This document shows, in pieces, positions 7,664 to 15,134 of a DNA stretch of 15,134 nucleotides. Source of the DNA: an uncultured Candidatus Poseidoniales archaeon (GTDB taxonomy: Archaea > Thermoplasmatota > Poseidoniia > Poseidoniales > Thalassarchaeaceae). Each line of letters starts with the position of its first letter. The first letter of the stretch is position 1. Below the pieces are notes generated by a model, which had not been told where the DNA came from, did no database searches, and saw nothing but the letters and a program-made list of their open reading frames with translations. The stretch spans positions 1 through 15,134 of the forward strand of contig CAZXZO010000030.1 in NCBI GenBank assembly GCA_964645485.1, given 5' to 3'. Both the position numbers and the translations under genes were made by a program.

Positions 7664-8443
7664 TTAATTCCACCGTGCTAATGCTTTAGCCTCTAATTCA
7701 TCTAATCTTCCTGGAATTACAAGGCAGTGAATAGACCCTTGATTCATCAAATGAACATCATCTAAACTGCCGTAAAAAATATGTTGTTCAGGGCGACCCA
7801 TATCACTACAAAGTACAATTTTCCATTGTTCAATATCTTCACCAATTTTTTCTGCAGATAGTCGAAGAACCTCAACAGCAATGGCAGGGCTCATTGGTTT
7901 TTGTTCATCAATCCCCATGCCCGTTGGGTCTAGGTCAAGGAGAACGAGCGTATGCAAGTCTCGTTGAAGATTATCCAAAATAAGTTCAAACGGCGAGGTT
8001 GCAAGATAATCTCCATATGGATAAGCAAGTGTAACTTGTCTTCCAAATCGGTATGATTGCAGACCAACAGCGCCAGTTACAATTGTTGTAATTGAAATCC
8101 CATGAATTACGTGGCAGTTAATCCCTGCAGCCTCGGCTCTCAATTGCAAATCAACATGAGTTGTTGCTTGCAGTGGGTCACCAACTATCATCAAAGCCAC
8201 CGGGTGTTCACTTGCAAGTTCCAATATTTTGACAGGATTTTCCACCTCTGGCCGCATTAGCAATTCGTATTCACCAACAATTTCAGCAAGTTTGTCCCCT
8301 TCACTGGGTGGTAAAAGTGCAGTATAACCCTCTAAAAAACGATAGTTACAGGATTTTGCCGATTCGGTTGCAGCATTCGTCATGGCCGATAAATCTCCTG
8401 GCCCTAGGCCAATTAACCACAACCCAGACTCAATATTTGCCAT
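7664..8443 (-). CDS. dph5: Diphthine synthase (diphthine methyl ester synthase)
   Basis: LWLIGLG, FLEGYT, GDPLQATTHVDL, GLQSYRFG, LHTLVLLD, CLVIPG match Dph5/DphB. GGAGG at 8451-8455 lies 7 nt before the ATG at 8443 (track start 8533 is too far upstream). Confidence 0.93.
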   Translation of the reverse strand: MANIESGLWLIGLGPGDLSAMTNAATESAKSCNYRFLEGYTALLPPSEGDKLAEIVGEYELLMRPEVENPVKILELASEHPVALMIVGDPLQATTHVDLQLRAEAAGINCHVIHGISITTIVTGAVGLQSYRFGRQVTLAYPYGDYLATSPFELILDNLQRDLHTLVLLDLDPTGMGIDEQKPMSPAIAVEVLRLSAEKIGEDIEQWKIVLCSDMGRPEQHIFYGSLDDVHLMNQGSIHCLVIPGRLDELEAKALARWN

Positions 8444-8450
8444 CGTCATT

Positions 8451-8455
8451 CCTCC
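8451..8455 (-). promoter_or_regulatory. Shine-Dalgarno site of dph5
   Basis: GGAGG on the minus strand, 7 nt upstream of the ATG at 8443. Confidence 0.7.
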
Positions 8456-8494
8456 GTCATCGTCAAGCGAGAAGTGCCTATCGGACTTTCGAGT

Positions 8495-9685
8495 ATGATG
8501 CGTCATTTGAGGGTGCCGAAGCAAAAAACCCAATCTATTTTGGATTGCATAAACAGCTTCGAATGGTCATCTAAAGGATATCGAGTACTAGATGATAGTG
8601 AGTTCAAACTAATTCCACTTGGAGAAAATCCTCCTGAAGAATTACCCTTTCCATTAAATCAATTTGAGGAAAAAGAAGCGGAACAATCTGAACGTTTACC
8701 ACAAAAATGGATTGGTTACTTGCCACAATTTATTGACCAAGAAACCATTTCTTCGCATGAAGGTGGGTGGCCAAATGCCCAAGAGCCACTCGGAGACTTA
8801 CTTTTGTTCAAAATTGAAAAGGACGTAGAACAATATGCTGAAGAAGTCGCATTAGCGAAAATCACTCACCATAAAAAGGTGAGAGTAGTGTTCAGAGATC
8901 ATGGCGTAAAAGGTGAATTTAGAATTAGGGAATTAGAGCCATTGGCTGCAAGACTTGGTGACCAAATTTTGACGGTTGAACAAATTAATTTGTTACCCGA
9001 ATCAGTTAGGGAAACATTGTTGCAAACAGAAACATTAGTCAGAGAATACAATTTGAACATTAAAGTTGACCCGCGAAAAGCATATTTTTCTCACAGGCTA
9101 CAAAGTCAGCGTGTCCAGACAGTTGAAAGCGCAATTAAACTTAGAGAAATACTTGGCCGCCCACTAGATATTGCCGACCCATATTGTGGCGTTGGTCCGG
9201 CTTTCAGCCACCTATTACAGATTGATGATTTAGTAGGAAATATACTCGCGTGTGACCTCAATCCAGATGCGATGCCACTTCTTGTTGACAATTTGAATCG
9301 AAATGGTATGGAAGTTTCATTAGATGACACCGAAAAAAAACAAACTCCAACATCCGGTAATCAAATCGGCGTACGAGATGCTTTAACTCTGACAAAAGAC
9401 AGTGAATTGGTTGGTAAGTACGACGTCCTATTGGTTAATCTCCCTCACGAAACAGTTACTCATCTACCTCACCTTATTGGATTGTTGAAAGTAGGTAGTC
9501 CAACCCTTGTACGCGGATGGTTAGTTGCCTCAGAAAGTGAAATTTCCAACCTAACTGATGAGTTACAAACAATATTCCCACACCGGCTTGAAGGAAGCCC
9601 TCTAGTAGAGGTGGAGCGACGAACTCAGTACAACACTACAGACTGGTTATGTAGATTTGAAGCCTGGTTAAATCTTCCAAAATAG
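8495..9685 (+). CDS. trm5: Archaeal tRNA (guanine-37-N1)-methyltransferase, Trm5/Met-10 family
   Basis: EPLGDLLLFKI, GVKGEFRIRELEPLA, VDPRKAYFSHRL, SAM motif DPYCGVGP, DLNPDA, VNLPH, TQYN. ATG ATG at 8495/8498. Confidence 0.85.
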   Translation: MMRHLRVPKQKTQSILDCINSFEWSSKGYRVLDDSEFKLIPLGENPPEELPFPLNQFEEKEAEQSERLPQKWIGYLPQFIDQETISSHEGGWPNAQEPLGDLLLFKIEKDVEQYAEEVALAKITHHKKVRVVFRDHGVKGEFRIRELEPLAARLGDQILTVEQINLLPESVRETLLQTETLVREYNLNIKVDPRKAYFSHRLQSQRVQTVESAIKLREILGRPLDIADPYCGVGPAFSHLLQIDDLVGNILACDLNPDAMPLLVDNLNRNGMEVSLDDTEKKQTPTSGNQIGVRDALTLTKDSELVGKYDVLLVNLPHETVTHLPHLIGLLKVGSPTLVRGWLVASESEISNLTDELQTIFPHRLEGSPLVEVERRTQYNTTDWLCRFEAWLNLPK

Positions 9686-9700
9686 TGTTTATTGAATAGG

Positions 9701-9730
9701 GAAACAGGTATTAATATCCACCATTACTCG
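9701..9730 (+). promoter_or_regulatory. Conserved promoter element copy 1 (BRE-like GAAACAGG, TATA-like TATTAATA, then TCCACCATTACTCG)
   Basis: gaaacaggtattaatatccaccattactcg is 28/30 identical to 13006-13035. TATTAATA starts 25-28 nt before ATG 9734/9737, as expected for a leaderless archaeal transcript. Confidence 0.8.
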
Positions 9731-9733
9731 GTA

Positions 9734-12700
9734 ATGATGAAACAATCACTATTCCTAGCTGCGTTAATGCTTCTAATTCCATTATTAACCATCAGCACCA
9801 ACACATATGAACAGATAAATCACACATATTCAATGGGTGAATTAGTAGATATTTCAGATGACGAATTAACATTAGAACAACAATCAGCATTAGCTGGTGC
9901 AAGAGTTTCTACAGGAAATTGGTTACATCATGTAGGTGGGATTGGTGCCGACCAAGGCACAATTTCAAGAGTCGGTGGGAATGGAGATTTGTATATTGCA
10001 GGCAGAGTTTGTCATGGTGCGGGCACTTGCTCAGCGATTTTCGGCGCGACTACAATTTATGCAAACAATGATTTATTCGTTGCTAAATTAGGAACGGATG
10101 GAGCTTGGAAATGGGTGGTTCAAACATCTGGTTCCAGTTCTAGTAATTATGCATATTTAGGTGACTTAGAAGTAGATCCATATGGAAATGTATACATTAG
10201 TGGTTGGTATAATGGAAACAAGAATTTTGGAACAATTTCTAAAACAGCATGGAACAATAACGATGGTTTTGTCGCTAGAATTGCCGACAACGGAAATTGG
10301 TCTTGGGTAGAGTCTATGCGTGATTATGATAATGGATATGCTAGAGGAATTGCTTTAGATTCCAATCAAAATGTTTACGTTATTGGTGAAAGTTATTTGT
10401 ACAGAAATAATGGTAATTACCATCAAACCTATTTCACAGATAGTACCTCTAGTAGCGCTGGTTCAATTTACAGTACTTGCTACTCATGGAGATACAATGT
10501 GTGGTTAGTAAAATATTCCGTGGCTGGTGTGTATGACTGGGCAGACAGAATTTCTGATTCATGTAATAATAGGTATGCTGTTGATGTAATTGCTGATAGC
10601 AATGATTCGGTAATAGTAACTGGTAAATTTGACGGCCAACTATCAATGCAAGCAGGCACAACCACATCTTCAGGGTCTTGGGATATTTTTCTTGCTAAGG
10701 TAAATGCAACGCACAATTGGGAATGGGTTACCCATGGAGGTGGACTGTCAGACGACCGCCCTGAAAAATTAGCAATAGACAGTAATGATAACATCATAGT
10801 CACCGGATATAATTCTAATCACGCATCTTTTGGAACCACGATAATATTAGCCAATTCTGGTGGTTTTGTTGTCAAAGCATTAAGCAACGGTACTTGGGAA
10901 TGGGGTACAAGAATATCACCCAATTCACATGTGATAGAGGATGTTGCAGTGCATTCAAATGACAATTTGACAGTAGTTGGTAGCCAATACATCACTCACT
11001 TAAATTCTACAGGCTCGCAACAATGGTATGAAAGCAATTCCCAGAGTTTGTATTCAATTTCTTTAGATTCTAACGAAACCGCTTACATCACTGGATATTT
11101 TAGTGGAAGCAAATCCTTTGAAAATTTTAACTTAATCAGCAATGGTTCAGATGATTTATTGATTTGGAAGTGGGATAGAGATAGAGATGGTGATTCAATC
11201 GCTGATAGATTGGATAATTGTGGTGATAATTCTAACGGTAATCAAGATGATTATGACGGAGATGGCCCAGGTGATGTATGTGATGCAGATGACGACAATG
11301 ATGGTTTTCTAGACATCTTTGATAATTGCCCACAAGGTGATATGAATTGGACATCTAATGCATCTACAGATAGAGATAATGATGGTTGCCAAGATTCCGG
11401 GGAAGATAATGATGATGATGATGATGGTGTAATAGATAATTTAGATATGTGTCATCCAACAGGATTACTCAATTGGACATCGTCCCCAACCACAGATCAT
11501 GATGGCGATGGTTGTAATGATATCTCAGAAGACTTAGATGACGACAATGATGGTACACAAGACAGCCTTGACTTATGTTTCAATGGTGAAATCAATTGGA
11601 TAACTAATGCAACTTCTGACCATGATAGTGACGGCTGTCGAGATTTAACAGAAGATTTAGATGACGATAATGACGGTATTATTGATGGATTTGATGATTG
11701 TCAAATTGGTGACACTGGTTGGATATCTAATTCATCCACAGACCATGATAATGACGGCTGTCAAGATTTGTTAGAAGATTTAGATGATGATGGCGACTCG
11801 GCTTTAGACCCAGTAGATCTTTGTCCCCGGGGTGTATTAAATTGGATTCGATATATTTCTGCTGATTACGATGACGACGGTTGTAGGGATAGCGATGAAG
11901 ATGCGGATGATGACAATGACAATGTAACAGATCATTCAGACTTATGTTATCTAGGTGAGAAAAATTGGACATCATCTCCAATGACAGATAATGACGGCGA
12001 TGGTTGTCGCGATTTAACTGAAGATATTGATGATGACAATGATGGAATTACTGATGTTAATGATTTCTGCCCACAAGGAGATATTGGTTGGACATCTGGC
12101 AGAGTAACCGATCATGATAGTGATGGTTGTCTAGACTCAACAGAGGATAACGACGACGATGGTGATGGCATACCCGACACCCAAGATTCCTGTGACAAAG
12201 GGATGCTTGGTTGGGTTTCTAATGGGGGTAGTGACTACGATGGCGATGGTTGCCTAGATGCAACTGAAGATGGAGATGATGATGGCGATGGGATAAATGA
12301 TTATTCAGATCCATGCCCATATGGAGAAGAAAATTGTGCAACGTCTGGAACAGGTGGCAATGTTACGATTATCAATCAATATCCCGAGAACTCGTCATCA
12401 AATGATACAGAACCAAACCAAATTATTCAAAACACAACGTACGTAAATAACACCTATATTTTTGTGAATAATACCTATGAAAATGAAACCTTCCAGAATA
12501 ACACAAATTTGAATCAAACAATAAATGAAGGAAATATGTTGAATGAGACAAACGATGAACCACAAGCAAATCCAAATTCTGAATCAGAATCACTAATTGA
12601 AATGTCCTGGGTGCCTCTTATTGTGATAATTTTGATGGTTTTATTGCTATTTGTTCAAGCACTACAACTTGTTAAGAAACCACTTACACCAGCAGGACCT

Positions 12701-12976
12701 CCTGAAAGTATGTTGGCTGAGCAAGAAATGTTTGATGATGTAGATTATACAACAAAAGTAATGCAGTCCTCCGATGATTTTTCAATAACCGAAGAAGAAC
12801 CATTGAGTTCTGATAATATACTATCTACACCTGAATCAACCACCCCCCCAAAAGTAGTCGAGAATCCAACAATTTCTGATGGTTTTGAATGGGTTGAATG
12901 GCCTGAAGGAAGCGGTCAAAATCATTTCCGAGCGGAAGGAACTCAAGACGATTGGCAACCTTGGCCCGTAGAATAA
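9734..12976 (+). CDS. Large cell-surface protein: signal peptide, 7-blade SBBP-like beta-propeller, Ca-binding thrombospondin type 3-like repeats, sequon-rich stalk, TM helix, acidic tail with a Trp-rich terminal motif
   Basis: N-terminus MMKQSLFLAALMLLIPLL; seven xxDxxGNxYxxG-type blades; DxDxDG..D.C repeats; TM helix WVPLIVIILMVLLLFVQALQLV followed by KK. The start is 9734 or 9737 (9737 aligns with the paralog), not TTG 9692, which falls upstream of the promoter element. Confidence 0.88.
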   Translation: MMKQSLFLAALMLLIPLLTISTNTYEQINHTYSMGELVDISDDELTLEQQSALAGARVSTGNWLHHVGGIGADQGTISRVGGNGDLYIAGRVCHGAGTCSAIFGATTIYANNDLFVAKLGTDGAWKWVVQTSGSSSSNYAYLGDLEVDPYGNVYISGWYNGNKNFGTISKTAWNNNDGFVARIADNGNWSWVESMRDYDNGYARGIALDSNQNVYVIGESYLYRNNGNYHQTYFTDSTSSSAGSIYSTCYSWRYNVWLVKYSVAGVYDWADRISDSCNNRYAVDVIADSNDSVIVTGKFDGQLSMQAGTTTSSGSWDIFLAKVNATHNWEWVTHGGGLSDDRPEKLAIDSNDNIIVTGYNSNHASFGTTIILANSGGFVVKALSNGTWEWGTRISPNSHVIEDVAVHSNDNLTVVGSQYITHLNSTGSQQWYESNSQSLYSISLDSNETAYITGYFSGSKSFENFNLISNGSDDLLIWKWDRDRDGDSIADRLDNCGDNSNGNQDDYDGDGPGDVCDADDDNDGFLDIFDNCPQGDMNWTSNASTDRDNDGCQDSGEDNDDDDDGVIDNLDMCHPTGLLNWTSSPTTDHDGDGCNDISEDLDDDNDGTQDSLDLCFNGEINWITNATSDHDSDGCRDLTEDLDDDNDGIIDGFDDCQIGDTGWISNSSTDHDNDGCQDLLEDLDDDGDSALDPVDLCPRGVLNWIRYISADYDDDGCRDSDEDADDDNDNVTDHSDLCYLGEKNWTSSPMTDNDGDGCRDLTEDIDDDNDGITDVNDFCPQGDIGWTSGRVTDHDSDGCLDSTEDNDDDGDGIPDTQDSCDKGMLGWVSNGGSDYDGDGCLDATEDGDDDGDGINDYSDPCPYGEENCATSGTGGNVTIINQYPENSSSNDTEPNQIIQNTTYVNNTYIFVNNTYENETFQNNTNLNQTINEGNMLNETNDEPQANPNSESESLIEMSWVPLIVIILMVLLLFVQALQLVKKPLTPAGPPESMLAEQEMFDDVDYTTKVMQSSDDFSITEEEPLSSDNILSTPESTTPPKVVENPTISDGFEWVEWPEGSGQNHFRAEGTQDDWQPWPVE
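9920..11173 (+). repeat. Beta-propeller blade repeats (SBBP-like), 7 blades
   Basis: RVGGNGDLYIAG, EVDPYGNVYISG, ALDSNQNVYVIG, IADSNDSVIVTG, AIDSNDNIIVTG, AVHSNDNLTVVG, SLDSNETAYITG. Several are paired with D.FVAK...G.W.W strands. Confidence 0.8.
11174..12337 (+). repeat. Asp/Cys-rich TSP3-like Ca-binding repeat array: a classical TSP3-like lead-in, 8 complete 41-42 aa units and 1 partial unit
   Basis: Units start at 11288, 11411, 11537, 11660, 11783, 11906, 12029, 12152 and 12275 (partial). Period is 123 nt, with one 126-nt unit. Consensus DDDNDGxxDxxDxCxxGxxxWxSxxxxDxDxDGCxDxxED. Confidence 0.9.
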
Positions 12977-13005
12977 TTCACAAATTCTAAGCAATTTTTG
13001 ATTGC

Positions 13006-13035
13006 GAAACAGGTATTAATATCCTCCTTTACTCG
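13006..13035 (+). promoter_or_regulatory. Conserved promoter element copy 2
   Basis: gaaacaggtattaatatcctcctttactcg. Offset from copy 1 is 3305 nt, identical to the offset between ATG 9737 and ATG 13042. Confidence 0.8.
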
Positions 13036-13041
13036 CCGGTG

Positions 13042-15134
13042 ATGAAACAAGCACTTTTCCTCACTACGCTGATGATACTTGCTCCAATGATTGCATTATC
13101 TACGGTTTTCGAACCGACAGATACATCTCCAATTCTAGTAGATGAAGAACCAGATTATGAGAGTGCAAAAACAGCAACCAACCCACTTGGTTGGGAGTGG
13201 GTTACCAAAGATTACGATGCAGGATATGTTTGGACACGCGAAGTAGAAGTCGACTCTTTTGGTAACACATATATTTCTGGAATATTTCGAGGAGGCAGCC
13301 TTTCCCTTGACTATCACCATGCGCTGAATAATGGCGGCCTAGATGTGTTTGCAGCAAAATTTTCTTCAGTGGGTGATTGTGTTTGGTTGACTACTTTTGG
13401 TGGTGCTTTAGACGAGCATGTTGAAGACATGATTGTTGATCCTTCAGGAGATGTTTATGTCGTTGGTAGTTACGATTCACCACAGTTCAATGCGAGTTCA
13501 TCAATTTTGAATAATTCAGGTAGCAGGGATGGTTTCGTAGTTAGTATTGGTAGGAATAGTGGCGCAATTTCATGGGGCAATTCAGTCAATGGCGCCGGGT
13601 TTGATAACATCACAGGAGTCACATTAGATTCCACAGGTGGATTAGTTTATTCTGGTTGGACGGCAAGCCCGCAAATCACTATCAACGGAACAACACTCAA
13701 TAACAGTGGCGACACAGATTTTTTCGTATTGTGGGGGCACACAAATGGTTCTTGGGAACAAGGTAGAATCTATGGTGGAGCTGGTAAAGAACAAGCCCAT
13801 GACATTGCTGCCGATGGTAATGGAAAAGTAATGGTCGTTGCAGAATTTACAACACCAAGTTTGACACTTGATCAAACATCAATTACTCATGGTGGCGGCG
13901 CAGGTTCTGATTCACTTGTAATGCGCGTAGCAAAAGCCGGTGTTGAATGGGTTCGCAAACCAATTTGCTCGTACAACGATAGAGCTTGGGCTGTAGATGT
14001 TGATAGTGCCGGCAATGTGTTTGTGGCTGGCGAAATGATGGTGAACACTAGTAGTTCTGCCCAAATCACATGGGGTTCAATTCAACTATCCATCAATGGT
14101 TACCGTACAGCATATGTGGTTAAATTTTCAAATGTGGGGGCAATTGGATGGGCACTCGGAACTACCTTAAATTACGCTTATTCAGGTTATTATGTAGAGA
14201 ATCCATCTATTGATATTGAGGGTAGTCATTTATTGATGGGTCTAAATCATAATTCACGATTCAGATTTTATTCAGGTTCTTATACATCAAGTTGGATTTA
14301 TGAACAAAATTACCGAAATAATGCCGTACTTGTTGAATTGACGAACACAGGTTCAATGGCAACTTCAAATTATATGATGTCAGGTTCTTCTAGTGTTGAT
14401 GATGTTGCTTGGATAGATATGCCATCAGGTAGTGAGCATATTGTTATCCCATTCAATGGTCTAGCAAGACAGAGTGGAAGTTATCATTATTATTCAGATG
14501 CTCCAGCAACGACCCTGCAAAGATATTCATGGAATAATGGCCTTAGTAATCAGCAATTTTATGCATTAATCGGGCATACTGGTACTGAAACAATAATTGA
14601 TTTAGAGCAATATAACAACACATCAAATATTTTATTTGGTTCATCAACTCGTTATGGGCAAAATCTGCGATTCGGTAACAATGTTGTTGGGGGAGACCTT
14701 ACAACATCACACTCATATGAATCTCGCCTATTTCTGGCGATGTCAAATTCAAATGGGACTTGGACACATCTCGATGAAATCAAAGTCGGTAGCCACTTGG
14801 AAGGTAGTACAGGATTTACAACTGAAAGAGAATGGGCTGCAATGGCAGTCGGTGATAATGGAACTGTATGGGTTACTTTTCATTGGTCAAATTACATGGA
14901 AATACCTGGGTTGACATCACGCTCGAGTGGTTCTGGATTTATTGTAGCAAGTTGGTCACCGACAAACGGGTGGATGTCTGCTGATTCAATCGGTTTCTCA
15001 ACAACAGGATATGTTGATGTTGATATTGCTGTATCTAATGGTGAAGTTTGGTTTTCTGGTGCATGTGCTGGAACGGTATATATGCATGGTTCAAGTTATT
15101 CTGGAAATAGTAATTGGAATATTTGCATCGCAAA
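13042..15134 (+). CDS. Secreted/surface beta-propeller repeat protein, paralog of the 9734 gene; 3'-truncated by the window end
   Basis: I read the frame from ATG 13042 (GTG 13039 is in frame) and found no stop to the window end (697 codons): MKQALFLTTLMILAPMIALST..., blades EVDSFGNTYISG, IVDPSGDVYVVG, TLDSTGGLVYSG, AADGNGKVMVVA, DVDSAGNVFVAG, and further blades near the end. Not in the supplied ORF track. Confidence 0.9.
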   Translation, partial: MKQALFLTTLMILAPMIALSTVFEPTDTSPILVDEEPDYESAKTATNPLGWEWVTKDYDAGYVWTREVEVDSFGNTYISGIFRGGSLSLDYHHALNNGGLDVFAAKFSSVGDCVWLTTFGGALDEHVEDMIVDPSGDVYVVGSYDSPQFNASSSILNNSGSRDGFVVSIGRNSGAISWGNSVNGAGFDNITGVTLDSTGGLVYSGWTASPQITINGTTLNNSGDTDFFVLWGHTNGSWEQGRIYGGAGKEQAHDIAADGNGKVMVVAEFTTPSLTLDQTSITHGGGAGSDSLVMRVAKAGVEWVRKPICSYNDRAWAVDVDSAGNVFVAGEMMVNTSSSAQITWGSIQLSINGYRTAYVVKFSNVGAIGWALGTTLNYAYSGYYVENPSIDIEGSHLLMGLNHNSRFRFYSGSYTSSWIYEQNYRNNAVLVELTNTGSMATSNYMMSGSSSVDDVAWIDMPSGSEHIVIPFNGLARQSGSYHYYSDAPATTLQRYSWNNGLSNQQFYALIGHTGTETIIDLEQYNNTSNILFGSSTRYGQNLRFGNNVVGGDLTTSHSYESRLFLAMSNSNGTWTHLDEIKVGSHLEGSTGFTTEREWAAMAVGDNGTVWVTFHWSNYMEIPGLTSRSSGSGFIVASWSPTNGWMSADSIGFSTTGYVDVDIAVSNGEVWFSGACAGTVYMHGSSYSGNSNWNICIA

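Noticed and set aside
7249-7689. Plus-strand 146-aa ORF and nested 7421-7612 ORF
   Set aside because: Mostly antisense to the 552-aa gene; no recognisable domain or RBS.
8444-8533. Track's N-terminal extension of dph5 overlapping trm5
   Set aside because: SD position and homology point to ATG 8443, so the apparent gene overlap disappears.
9692-9733. Track's N-terminal extension MNRETGINIHHYSV
   Set aside because: It runs through the duplicated promoter element, and the paralog has no such frame conservation; the true start is 9734/9737.
11288-12337. 123-nt periodicity as a possible CRISPR array or DGR template/variable repeat
   Set aside because: Repeats are degenerate, in-frame and conserved at the protein level. 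There is no identical repeat-spacer pattern, no adenine-specific mismatch pair, and no cas or reverse transcriptase gene in the window.
13135-14914. Short ORFs listed in the track (13135, 13642, 13887, 14636)
   Set aside because: All lie inside the long open frame starting at 13042, which has a signal peptide and propeller repeats.

Overview
Compact archaeal genomic window, most likely Marine Group II Thermoplasmatota (Ca. Poseidoniales). The taxonomy is inferred from Dph5, an archaeal-type Trm5, archaeal SD/TATA signals and Asp-rich TSP3-like surface proteins. Bases 1-9685 are housekeeping-like: DUF1844-like protein, a membrane-tail-anchored pseudo-receiver, a minus-strand run (geranylgeranyl reductase family, HAD-IIA phosphatase, extended SDR, yeast-URA3-like OMP decarboxylase, small membrane protein), cutA, a 552-aa hypothetical, and divergent dph5/trm5. 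From about 9700 on are tandem paralogous secreted beta-propeller surface-protein genes. The second (13042 to window end) is absent from the supplied ORF track because it has no stop in the window. Both carry a nearly identical 30-bp promoter element (28/30) at the same distance from their ATG. Best leads: this promoter plus signal-peptide cassette on divergent surface proteins, the Ser-for-Asp tail-anchored receiver, and an OMPDC with its catalytic residues intact but phosphate/ribose-binding residues changed. No RNA genes, CRISPR arrays or mobile elements were recognised.
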